Shown piece after piece: positions 11,474 to 21,639 of a DNA stretch of 64,000 nucleotides. The notes below the pieces were generated by a model. The model was not told where the DNA came from. It did not search any database and saw only the letters and a program-made list of their open reading frames with translations. The stretch lies in contig CBFFRQ010000069.1 in assembly GCA_965644315.1 (NCBI GenBank), forward strand, positions 248,001 to 312,000. The letters run 5' to 3'. Each line of letters starts with the position of its first letter. The first letter of the stretch is position 1. Position numbers and translations under genes: made by a program. This DNA comes from Caecitellus pseudoparvulus (lineage: Eukaryota > Protista > Bigyra: Bicosoecida).

Positions 11474-13956
11474 CTCCAGCTCCTTTGCCTTCGCGTCGGC
11501 GGCTTCCACCACCGCAGGCGGGCAGCCCGTCATGCGAGCGACGTGCACGCCGAACGACGCCCCAGCGGGCCCAGGCCGGACAGAGTACAGCATGGTAATA
11601 TCACTGCCAGTGGCCAGCGTATCCACGTGCTGGTTGATCACGCCAGGCATGCTAGTCGCCAGCGCGGTCATCTCATGAAAGTGTGTTGCGAAGAGGGTGA
11701 AAGCTCCCACGGCGGCCAAGTGCTCTGACAGCGCCCATGCAAGGCCAAAGCCGTCGTAGGTGCTGGTGCCGCGCCCCAGCTCGTCAATGATAACGAGGGA
11801 AGCGGGCGTGACAGTCTCGCAGATGGCAGCCGCTTCCAGCATCTCGGCCATGAACGTGGAAACGCCCTCCAGCTGAACGTCCCCGGCGCCGATGCGGGCG
11901 AGGAGGCAGTCCACCAGCGGCATGGTCGCCGAGGCTGCAGGGACAAAGGAGCCCATTTGTGCCAGCACTACCAGCATGCCCAGCTGGCGGATATACGTGC
12001 TCTTGCCGCCCATGTTGGGGCCGGTGATGATGCTGAAGGAGCTGGAGCCGGGTTGCATGACGTGGTCATTGGGGATGAACGGGTGGGTGGGGTCTGCCTC
12101 CAGCAGGGCGTGCCGGGCCCCCCTGATGTTGAAACCCTTCGCATCGCCCGCTGGCAGCATGACTGGGCGCACGTACGATGCAGGGGCGCTGCAGGCCAGC
12201 ACTGCCATGCCCGTGTACGCGTCTAGCTCCCCCAGCGTCTCCCCCAAGCTCTCAATGATGGGCGTGTATGTGCGCACAACCTTGAGCACCTCACCCAGCA
12301 CTGCGCTCTGGGCTGAGGAAAACGCCCGCTGAGCAGCCTGTGCCTCGTCCACAGCAGCCTTCAAGCGCGGGGTGGTGAAGAGGACGCCCGCTTGCAGCGT
12401 GGCGCAGATGACGACGCCGGGGAGCTTGCGCACCGCCTTGTCGTGTTTACGCGTCACGCGGAAGACGTAGCCGCGGGCCTTGTCCTTTTCGAACTTGATG
12501 TCCAAGCTGCCGCCACCGTGGCGGTCCATGAAGGCGTCCGCGATGGCCATCAAGTTTCCCTGAGCGTCTTCATGGGCAGCAGCTGCAGATGCCAGTTCTG
12601 GGGAGAACGTCGGCTTGATGCGTGGCTCGGCGGCTGTTGGGTCGTCCACCACCGTCTCCACCAACGCTACGAACTGCGCGAACTCGCCCCGCAGCCACGT
12701 CAGGCGCTCTGCCAGGGCCACGAGCGGGGGAGCAGCGGCTCCCAGCAGGCTGGCTGCCGCAGGCAAGGGTGACGTGATGGTATTGTACAGGCGCAGGATG
12801 TCCATGAGGTTGGCGCTGCGACGGGCGAGGCGCCTGCGAAGCATGTGCACGTCTGGCACGCGCATGACATCACGCAGGCGGTCCCGGGTCTCTGGGTCGT
12901 TCACAAGCGCTTCCACGATGTCAGCCCGCTGGCTAATGGCGGCAGCATTGGTGAGGGGCGCTGTCAGCCACCGAGCCAGCGTACGCGGGCCACCCTTGGA
13001 CCAGCACCCTGCCGACAGTGAGGCGAGGAGGGATCGCCCCTGGGCCTCGTCTGTCGCACCTCGTCGCACAGCTGACGCTGGCATGAGGTTCAGGGCCACC
13101 AGGGCAGAGCCGTCCAGGCGCATGATGCCGTCCAGCTCCCCCTTGGCCAGCGCCAGCACCACGGGGGGAGCGGCGCCGGGCGCCAGCGACGCTGCCGCGC
13201 TCCCTGCCGCTGACGCTGCGGCAGAGCCTTCAGCATCGTCTGCACGAATGCCGTCTAAGGCTGCTTGCACTTGGCCCACGGCGAGCACCGCCCGCAGGCT
13301 CGCTGCAGCGAGCGGCATGCTGTGCAACAGCTCTGTCTGGCCAGCGACACTCTCTTGCCCCAGCAGTCGGGAGAGCGCCTCGCCCAGCTCCTCCATGCTG
13401 CCGGAGAAGAGGCTGCGTGGTCGAAGCTCCATTTGCATGCCGATGCTCGAAGCGATGCGCTCCAGCTTCTCGCGCAGCACTGTGCAGGGCGGGACAACAG
13501 CGCGGTGCTCGTTCAAATACCGCACATACAGGGCACACCGCCTCTGCAAGGGGGGAGGGCACTCTGATCTACAATTCCCCAGCGAGTGTGCTATGAACAA
13601 GCCTGCTTGGTCTATCCAGGGTGCAAATGCAGGAAGGCGCCATGCCTCTTGCCAGCACAGGCCGTTGTAGTCCTTCAAACACATCACGCACCTGCTGGCA
13701 TCTCCTTCGGCAGAACGAGCACAGATGGGCCGTGGCGCACGAGGATGCTCTCCACCATGGGCATGTGTTCTCCATCCAGCACTTGGAACAAGAGGAGGCG
13801 CCCTATGGTGGGGTCTTGCATGCTGTCGCGGGCGCGGGGCTCGCTGAGCGCGACACCGAAGGATTTGCCGTTTGGCCCGGTGGACATGGTCACGGCTGCC
13901 ACAGCTGGCACGCCATCTGATGAGCCCTCCGACAGGGGAGAAGCAGGTGACTCCAT
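11282..13956 (-). CDS. MSH2: DNA mismatch repair protein MSH2, apparently lacking N-terminal domain I
   Basis: GPNMGGKSTYIRQ, GVSTFMAEMLE, IIDELGRGTSTYDGFGLAWA, LFATHFHE, SFGVHVARM and clamp segment GYVFRVTRK. First in-frame ATG at 13956; two 5' introns inferred. Confidence 0.9.
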
Positions 13957-14184
13957 GATGGTCGTGCTACCTGCCTGCAGGGGGGGCCGGCTCGGCACCA
14001 GGTGGCCTGCTCGCTGTTGTTGCGTGAAGCAGACCTTCCCGCCTGGATCGCTGGGATACAGCACTTTCTCTGCGTATCCGATCAAATCGAGCCAGGACTC
14101 AGGAGTTGAAAGAAAGTAGGATGGAATGTGGGCCCAAAAAGGGTTCTGTAACACTCAGAGGCGAAGGAATCGGGCGACAAAAAG

Positions 14185-14256
14185 CTCTAACGCCGGGAAT
14201 TGAACCCGGATCACCCGCGTGACAGACGGGTATACTGACCATTATACTACGTCAGA
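14185..14256 (-). tRNA. tRNA-Asp(GTC) copy 2
   Basis: Exact reverse complement of copy 1; T-run terminator (AAAAA on + at about 14179-14183). Confidence 0.97.
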
Positions 14257-14273
14257 AGGATATGGAAGGATGC

Positions 14274-14403
14274 GAAACAATGCACTGTAAGGTGCTGGTA
14301 GTTGTATGGTCCTGGAGTGTGGAGTCTGTGTGGCAAAGTCGGAGTCGTGGCAAACATGAGAGAGCACCCATGCACGAGGCAGTCCGGCGAGAGGGACCAC
14401 ATG
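14274..14403. repeat. Inverted repeat arm A (tRNA upstream flank), partner at 17358-17487
   Basis: GAAACAATGCACTGTAAGG...GGCAAAGTCGGAGTCGTGGCAAAC...CCACATG is the diverged reverse complement of 17358-17487. Confidence 0.92.
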
Positions 14404-14428
14404 ACTGATCACTACCGTTGTTAAGACA

Positions 14429-16645
14429 ATGCAGAGTGAGGGCCTGCTCCCTCGTGCAGAAGATGACGCTGCGTCGGAGGGGTCCGGGCTCGGAGGCGGA
14501 GCAAGGAACTTCCTGAGCAAATCGGCCCCAACTTTGCCAGCCGCTTCTCCAGTCTTAGAAGCGCCAAGAAGACGGCCAAAAGGAGGGAAGAGGAGAGTGC
14601 CCCAGCACGTTGTTCCAAGCAGTCGTCGGCGGCTGAAAGCGGTCTCTGCGTGGGGTGCCCACTCCTTGACAGCTGAGGATGCTGCTGGTGCTGCTGGGGC
14701 TGCTGTGGCCTGGGCCAGGGGAGACCCCACAGCGGCCATGAGGCTGGGGGTGCAGCTGCAGAACGCGAGCCTGAAGACTATCCTGGACCTGGCCAAGGAA
14801 CTGACGGGGGTTGACTTGCTCACACCCTTTGAACGGCAAAGTCTGGCGCTGCCGGTTGCTGCAGGGTCGCGCAGCGACGTGCCCAAAGACATCGACACGA
14901 CCCCAGCATCTGTGGCAGTTGCAAGGCGGTGGGCTGTGGCAAAGTACATCGCATACACCTTTCTTCTTGGGGGCATGGCTGTCTTGCCGGCAAATGCTGT
15001 GGCAGCTGCCACTCAAGGCCAGCGTGACTTCCTGCACAGTGGCGATGCGAGGAAGCTGGCATCTCACCTGCACAAGCTGACAGGGGACGTCATTGCTGGC
15101 GGCCTGCGCTCCACTATTCCAGCAGCTACGCTCCTTGTGGCTTGCGCTGCGACGACGGGCTTGCTCAACGCCGACGCGCAGGTGGTGGACGATGCCCACC
15201 AGGCCGCTGGGATCGAGCAGCAGCCAATGGCGCAGGCAGCTGTGCGGGACCTCACGGCAGCTTGTGGCGCGGAGAGCGTCAAGTCCATCCGTCCTTTGCC
15301 TCCGCCTACGAAGAGGAGCGCCTCAGCGGCGCTGAAGCTGCTCCCGTGGCTGGAGTCAGCTGATGTGGAGCGCCAAGCCTTGCTGGGCGTGGCTGCCTCG
15401 GGGTTCACCACCGCCCCACCCCGCATCGCACCAGCTCCAACCGCAGCAAAGGAAACAAGACCTCAGGCACTGGGAGGTGGGGCTCTGGACAGCGCTCTTG
15501 CCAGCTCCGCTGCCGACGCAGGCCGCCCTGGCGGCAGTGCCCTCGGCAGCCACTCGGGAACGACGGACGAAGGGGGGCTTGGGGCTGGCTCAGTGGGCAC
15601 TGCCTCAGTCATGATGGGCTCTGACCTTGATAGCCTGGATGGGGGTGGCCTGGCTGGGGATCTGGGCCCCCTGGGAGTGGACGAGGGCGGCACGGGAGTC
15701 GGGCGCTCTGCCGGTCAGCGCCGCGGCATGGCTGTGGCCTTGTTGTTGGCGTGCTGCTCCCGGATGGACCCCCGCACAGCCCGCTTCGTGGTGGTAGACA
15801 AGGCCCAGGCGTCTGTGAACCGCCCTGACTCTGGATCTTCGCACGGCGGCCGCATGGCAGGCTCGGATGACCCCGACGGCCTTGACCCACACAGGTCTCT
15901 GGACATGCTGCTGGACGCCACTGGGCCCCTGCCGGGCGTGCAGGCTGTCATGACTGGGCCCCTGGCCGCAGCGACCAGTCTTCTGGCTGGCAAAGCAGAG
16001 GCCAAGCGCCAGGCTGCGGCAGCTGCCCCCACGCCAAAGCGCAAGAAAGGCAGGCGTCGGCTGAAAAAGCCCCGGGGCCGCACGGGGACACCGCAGCAGC
16101 TGGAGCCCGTTCCCGAAGGCCGCGCTGGGACGAGTGGCACGGACCTGGATGCAGCCTTGGCGGCGCTGGGTGCCAGCACAGGCAGGTCTGAGGACTCGTG
16201 GGATGAAGGGGGGTCATCCTTCGGCATGTCTCGAGGGGGCGCCTCTGTTGGCCGAGGGGGGGTGCCACTCCCCAAGGAGGCCAAGGCTGCGAAGCGGCTG
16301 GGAGCCCGGAACCTGTACGATGGCAAGTGGCTGGAGGCGTGGGACCAACAGCTTGCAGTGTTGATGAAGGACGTGCGGCAGCAACTGCTGGGAGGACAGC
16401 CCTGTGCTGCTCCCGCAGACGCGGTGCCATACCTGGCCGTTGGCTCGACAGGAGTCCGCGTGCGGGGCTCCACCGCTGCCTCAGCCATCCAAGATGGCGG
16501 CTTGGCTGTGGACGCCTTGCTGGTGGCCAGCTGCACCCCCCCGCCCGTGGGCACATCTGCAGCCGACCTTGGCTCGCACCTGGACTATCTGAGCACTATT
16601 GCTGGGTCGCCGAGAGAGGGTGTGCCCAGACAAGGGGCGCGCTGA
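14429..16645 (+). CDS. Hypothetical Ala/Gly-rich protein, 738 aa
   Basis: Single long ATG-initiated ORF with a basic cluster (PKRKKGRRRLKKPR). No family recognised. Confidence 0.65.
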   Translation: MQSEGLLPRAEDDAASEGSGLGGGARNFLSKSAPTLPAASPVLEAPRRRPKGGKRRVPQHVVPSSRRRLKAVSAWGAHSLTAEDAAGAAGAAVAWARGDPTAAMRLGVQLQNASLKTILDLAKELTGVDLLTPFERQSLALPVAAGSRSDVPKDIDTTPASVAVARRWAVAKYIAYTFLLGGMAVLPANAVAAATQGQRDFLHSGDARKLASHLHKLTGDVIAGGLRSTIPAATLLVACAATTGLLNADAQVVDDAHQAAGIEQQPMAQAAVRDLTAACGAESVKSIRPLPPPTKRSASAALKLLPWLESADVERQALLGVAASGFTTAPPRIAPAPTAAKETRPQALGGGALDSALASSAADAGRPGGSALGSHSGTTDEGGLGAGSVGTASVMMGSDLDSLDGGGLAGDLGPLGVDEGGTGVGRSAGQRRGMAVALLLACCSRMDPRTARFVVVDKAQASVNRPDSGSSHGGRMAGSDDPDGLDPHRSLDMLLDATGPLPGVQAVMTGPLAAATSLLAGKAEAKRQAAAAAPTPKRKKGRRRLKKPRGRTGTPQQLEPVPEGRAGTSGTDLDAALAALGASTGRSEDSWDEGGSSFGMSRGGASVGRGGVPLPKEAKAAKRLGARNLYDGKWLEAWDQQLAVLMKDVRQQLLGGQPCAAPADAVPYLAVGSTGVRVRGSTAASAIQDGGLAVDALLVASCTPPPVGTSAADLGSHLDYLSTIAGSPREGVPRQGAR

Positions 16646-16662
16646 TTCTGCAAGTACTGAAT

Positions 16663-17323
16663 TTACATCGTCTCTGAACCGTGCAGCATGATCCCTTCTG
16701 CTGCCTGTGCCTTGCTGCGGCGCAGGGCGTACACATCCACCCCTGCGGCAAACACTACCTGGCCGATGAAGGGCACCTGCACTCCTTGCCAGCTTGGGTT
16801 CGAGACTTGCAGCAGGCAGCGACCACCATCACGCCGAGCCTTGAGGGCTTTTAGCTCTGGCTCAGCTTCTTCCCAGGTGTGGAAAGTCGTCGACGGCGGC
16901 GGGAGGTCTGTGCCTGAAAGCACAAGGGAGACGAATCCTGACGTGGTGGCCACGGAGCCCACCATGTCGTACTCGAACAGCTCCCCTTCCTTTCCAAGGT
17001 TCCAAGAGTTGCCTGGGTCTTCCCCGGTGCCAAGTGAGTGTGTGACCGCCTTCCCTGGGTCTTCTGCGAGTCTGCTGGTCACATCGCTCACAACAGGCAC
17101 CTGCGGAAATCGCGCAAAGTGCCGCTTGCCACCGCCGCTGCTCTGCAGCAGGCATGGTGAGACTCACCGACATGCCGTGCTGCTGTATGGCTGCCATGAC
17201 ATCTTGCGCTTGGAAAAGCGCTCGCGCGTCCAGGATGTGCACAGTAACGCCAGAAGTGGAGGAGCACAGCGCTCGGGCGCCTGACACCAATTGGCCGGCG
17301 TTTCGACTTGCTGCCTGAAGCAT
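16663..17323 (-). CDS. Hypothetical protein, possibly mitochondrial (1 intron)
   Basis: MLQAASRNAGQLVSGARALCSSTS resembles a mitochondrial presequence. A GTGAGT donor (about 17167) and CCGCAG acceptor (about 17101) join it to ORF 16663-17100. Confidence 0.6.
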
Positions 17324-17357
17324 TGCAAAGAAAACTTCGAGCAAGCTCACTAAGGTG

Positions 17358-17487
17358 CATGTGATCCCTCTCGCCGGAGTGCCTCGTGCACGGGTGCTCT
17401 CTCACGTTTGCCACGACTCCGACTTTGCCACAAACACCCCACACTCCAGGACCTCACAACTACCAGTACCTTACAGTGCATTGTTTC
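17358..17487. repeat. Inverted repeat arm B, partner at 14274-14403
   Basis: Diverged reverse complement of 14274-14403; abuts direct repeat copy 2. Confidence 0.92.
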
Positions 17488-17853
17488 ACCTCTCTCCGCA
17501 TCCTTCTGACGTAGTATAATGGTCAGTATACCCGTCTGTCACGCGGGTGATCCGGGTTCAATTCCCGGCGTTAGAGCTTTTTTTCCTCCCCACAACTATC
17601 ACCCACAAACCTCAACACCACGACCTCCCACCCCACGCCCCAGCACCAACAACACCACCCATGCATTCCTCACCGCACGTGAGCCGCGATCAGCACACGC
17701 ATACGCTCGGCGATAGCGGCTGGGCTCATGCCCTCCCCGTCCATCGTTGCGGCGGCAGCCACGAAGGCTTTTGCCCGTGCAGCAGCGTCCAGGGCCGTGG
17801 CGGCAGGCGTGGAGGGGTCTTCCTTGGCCTCGGTCGTGCCCGCCACGAAGCCC
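17488..17853 (+). repeat. Direct repeat copy 2: tRNA-Asp plus duplicated MSH2 3' fragment
   Basis: Minus strand still reads ...EAKEDPSTPAATALDAAARAKAFVAAAATMDGEGMSPAAIAERMRVLIAAHVR*, the MSH2 C-terminus. Confidence 0.95.
17505..17576 (+). tRNA. tRNA-Asp(GTC) copy 3
   Basis: Identical to copy 1; followed by a T-run. Confidence 0.97.
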
Positions 17854-17863
17854 TGTGAGCTGG

Positions 17864-19226
17864 TCAGGCATGGTCTGGCACGTCTTGTGCTCCACTGCTC
17901 CGCAGCAGCGGTGTCTGCAAGCTCCCAGTGGAAGCCGGCGCTGTGGCGCCCGCATCACTGACTGGCGGGTCACACCCTGGGCAGAAGGAGGGCAGAATGG
18001 GGTTCGTCCACTCCCAGTCCCCCCCATGCACTGTGTCCAAGTTGCCCACGTTCATGCAGGCCACCGTGGACCCAAAGAAACCTTGGCGTTGGGTTTGACA
18101 GCAAAGCAGTCGGTCCGCCCACAGGGCATCCGTGCAGCTAATCTGCTGCCGAGGCGTGAACTCCATCAAGTCAGCAAACACGCCTCCCCAGTTCAGGTCT
18201 GGCAGCTCGTAGATGTGGGAGACCCTGACAGCCTTCTCTTGGGCAGAGTCTATGCCGCTGACGTTCACTGATATCCGCGCAAGGTTCCGAAGCATGTGTT
18301 CCGGAGTCAGCCCGTACAGAGGGCTGTCAGGCGTCACGCGGTGGTACACTGTCCACATGAGCGTCATGGAGGTCATGGTGGCCCGTTGGGGGCGCAGTTC
18401 CACCCCCCGATATCCAGCACGCCCTTCTGCTGTGCGGTATGCCATTTGCAGCGTCAGGGTGACAGTGGCGTCGTGGATGGGGGAGGAGCGCAGGTTGGCC
18501 ATGCGGCACTCAAAGCAGAGCTGCCCGTCCATGTGCCCCAGGATGGCGGTCTTGGAGAAGCGGATGCGGGGGTGAGGGCGGCTGATGCGGTCCACGATGA
18601 TGCCAATCACGACGGCCAGCCACACGAGCGAGACGAGGCCCTGTGCCATGTACACCAGTCGGGCGCCGGTGCTGTGGGCGCGTGCGTCGATCTCAACGCC
18701 GGACAGCACGCAGGCGCTGACGAAGAAGATGTCCCAGAAGGTCGTGAGTTCGAAGCCCTCTGCCCCCAAGGAACCCGCCGGCAAGGCGTTGTACAGCCCG
18801 GCGAAAATGAGGCTCATGCTAAGCCAGGATGCCACGAGCACCAGCGTCAGATTCAGCATCGACGTTGCCATGAGGAAGTTATACAAGTCGGCAAGGCGAG
18901 GGAGAACGCCTCGACGAATCACGGGCATGAGGGTGGACTGACCGCCCCCTCTTATCACGTGCTTGCGTGCTCCCCTGCGGACAGGGAGCAGGTACGGCAC
19001 AGAGTTGTGCGGAGTTTGAGCTGTCACAGCACAAAGCACACCCACGGGTCATCCTTGTAGTGTGACGCCACAAGATCAGCCACAGACGACTGCACATGTG
19101 AAGCAGACATGCTCTCCCGAAAGCCCTGCTGTTCAGGATGCTCCGTGCCGCCCCGGGCTGAGTGGGCACTTGGTCGCGTCGGCTGCCCGTTGATTCTGCT
19201 GGCTCACTGGGCAATGGGTCTTGCAT
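17864..19226 (-). CDS. Inward-rectifier (Kir/KirBac-like) channel protein with atypical pore
   Basis: Slide helix LADLYNFLM, TM1, pore helix FWDIFFVS, TM2 ending RISRP, then RIRFSKTAILGHMDG, CRMANLR, WTVYHRVTPDSPLYG and VSGID. Start and first intron tentative. Confidence 0.88.
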
Positions 19227-19333
19227 GCGCCGTGGCGAAAGTGCAGTCAAGGGTCGACGAACGTAAAATGTAAGCAAAGAATGTGTGCAGGCAAATCCTT
19301 CGTCGGTATTGAGCAGGGTAGGGGCCTGCATTG

Positions 19334-20422
19334 CTACATGGCTGCCTCGGGCAGCGGCTCTGGCGATGCTGCCTGGAACGCTGCCGCGGCGCGGCACGGC
19401 ACCCCTTTGCGCTGCAAGACATACACACACGCATGACATGGGCTGTTATACTTCTCACCGGGGCCTGGTTCCTGCCCGGGCCCCTCGGCCGCCCCTCCGC
19501 CCTCACCGTCGCTGTCCTCGTCAGAGCTGAGAGCAAAGCCTGCCACCGTCACATGAGGGTCGGCCACTGGCCCTGACCCCTCAGGCACAGGCCCGCCTTT
19601 CCCCGGTGAGAGAGTGTGCCAGACCGATGCCGACGAAAACCCTGCCATGGGGGGGTGCCCCCCCCCCTCGGTTTCCGTGGAGGGGGGGTGCAGGGCCATG
19701 TCCAGCAGCACGTCGTAGTCCACTACGTGGGGCAGGGACAGCACCCTCACGTCAAAGCCGGCAGCACGCGCCCGTGGCACAAAGGCCTTCCCCTTGCGCA
19801 CACGCTGAACATAGGTGATGACGATGAGCGGTGCGGCCTCCCCAGCAGGCAAGCCTTCCCCCGTCAGCCACAGCAGGCAGTGCAGGAGAGGCTGGATGAG
19901 CTCCTCGTAGTACACGATGTCGGCGCCCACCACCACATCGGGCGTCCACGGCACAGCCGCAGCGTAGGTGTCGGGCTTCCCCCACTGCAGCTCTGCGGCG
20001 GAGGCAGGGGTGCTGCCCGGCCCCGCGACAGCAGCGGCAGCGTCCAGGTTGGCTGCGAGGTGGGGCACGATGGATGCGAGGTCCGTCGCGCAGACGCGGG
20101 CCGCACCCCCAGCTGCTGCGGCAATGGAGAGTAGGCCACAGCACCCTGCTCCTAGCTCCAGGACATTCAGTCCGCGCAGGCTCAGGGAGATGCACAGGGG
20201 CTCCCCGCGGCAGGTGGCCTGCACGCTCTTCCCTGCGCTGCTGCCCTCCTTGCCTGCTGGCGTGCCTGCCTCAATCAATGCCAATGAGACGAGTGCGGCA
20301 GGGTACAGCTTGAAGCCGATCTCTCGCAGGGCATCTTGCTGGATGGTGATGGGCGCTCCCCCCCACAGCGGACTGCTCACCGTGAATGCGCGGCCTTCGC
20401 CTGCAGATCGAAGCGCAGCCAT
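19334..20422 (-). CDS. Seven-beta-strand protein methyltransferase (Methyltransf_16/METTL21-like)
   Basis: GFKLYPAA, VLELGAGCCGL, ATDL, ELQWG and VVGADIVYYEE. Confidence 0.88.
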   Translation of the reverse strand: MAALRSAGEGRAFTVSSPLWGGAPITIQQDALREIGFKLYPAALVSLALIEAGTPAGKEGSSAGKSVQATCRGEPLCISLSLRGLNVLELGAGCCGLLSIAAAAGGAARVCATDLASIVPHLAANLDAAAAVAGPGSTPASAAELQWGKPDTYAAAVPWTPDVVVGADIVYYEELIQPLLHCLLWLTGEGLPAGEAAPLIVITYVQRVRKGKAFVPRARAAGFDVRVLSLPHVVDYDVLLDMALHPPSTETEGGGHPPMAGFSSASVWHTLSPGKGGPVPEGSGPVADPHVTVAGFALSSDEDSDGEGGGAAEGPGQEPGPGEKYNSPCHACVYVLQRKGVPCRAAAAFQAASPEPLPEAAM

Positions 20423-20855
20423 CAAAAACCGCAGCGTGCCAAAGGAAGCGTGAAAGAAGCTCCCACACACCTGCGAGCAAGTGTGTGGACCAGGTGTATC
20501 CCTGGATTTCGTGGGTGGGAAGATGGGGATGTGGGGGAGGAGGGATGTGCGCTCACTCACCCTATTGTGTGTGTAGGGCCACCTTCGCCAACTAAACAGC
20601 CATCTTCGCTGCTGCCAGTCAATGGTGTGGGCCCAGCGCCCATTGCACATGGCGCAGTCGCACACTTCTGCGCTCCACCGAAACAAATGCGACACCTTGC
20701 TGCGTCGTCCCCCCTCGGCAGGCTTCCACACCACCTGCTCCTGCCACTCGACAGGCAGCTGCGGAAATACTGCAGCGCTCCTTGCCTCGTTCGGGGTCCA
20801 CTGCCTGCCCTGCGGCTGTGCACCTACCCACACCTCCGGCACCTGCCCTTTCACA

Positions 20856-21238
20856 ATGCCTATCAACTACCCAGTGCTGTTCCCAGAGATGGCCATCGCC
20901 CTCGTGCGGCGTGCCTCTGCCCGCCTCCCCAGAAACCACTTCATCTTCCGCACTGACCCCAAGTGGACCAAGCAAGAGATCAAGGAGTACCTGCAAAAGG
21001 TCTACGAAATGGACGTTGAGCGTGTAGCCACCATTAACTACCTGGGTGAGGCCCCCCTTGCACTCTCGCGCTCGCCCTGTCCTGCCTCGGCACTGGCTTC
21101 CTCGTGTGCTCCCTCCGCCCAGGCAAGGTGCGCAGGCGCCGTGGCCTGCGGCCCTACATGCGCTTGAAGAGCTACAAGAAGGTGTACGTGCTCCTGGGTG
21201 AAGGCGAGAACACGTCCAATGTCCTGAACCAGCGGTGA
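20856..21238 (+). CDS. MRPL23: Mitochondrial ribosomal protein uL23 (1 intron)
   Basis: FRTDPKWTKQEIKEYLQKVYEMDVERVATINYLG / KVRRRR...SYKKVYV. Intron about 21047-21122. Confidence 0.88.
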
Positions 21239-21639
21239 GCGCTGCTGCCACGGAGCGTAAGCACACGAGTGGGCATGGCAGCACCAAGCTGACCAGCCGC
21301 GGCAGCTAGCAAGCAGCGGGAGCACTGCACAGCGCGTGCACGTCTGCGTTGGTGTGAAGCACAGCTTGCACATGCAGGGCTCCTCGCTGGGGGCGGGGCA
21401 GTCGCGGGAATCCTGGCCTTGAATGCATGCCCCACCACTGCACCAAGCGTGGCAGAGCCAGCCGCCCCACACAACCCAGTTCTTCCGCACGGCGCGTGGA
21501 TTGTGTGAGGAAGTCACCATTTGCATGAGGCTGGCGAGACTTTCCCACGTCCTCCTCTGCAGCTTCCCCCCTCTCGCTGCGATTGCCCTCCGCCTCAGCA
21601 GCGTCGTCGTGAAGGGGCAGGCACCGGCGTTTCTTCGCC

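Noticed and set aside
11131-11598. ORFs starting MVSIPVCHAGDPGSIPG (also 17519-17716)
   Set aside because: These are translations of the tRNA-Asp gene and the antisense strand of the MSH2 tail.
11282-13956. MSH4/MSH5 identity, since those lack domain I
   Set aside because: GPNMGGKSTYIRQ, STFMAEMLE and STYDGFGLAWA are MSH2-type signatures.
11101-17853. tRNA-targeted integrative element, provirus or transposon
   Set aside because: No integrase, transposase, reverse transcriptase or capsid gene, no obvious composition shift, and the cargo includes a host MSH2.
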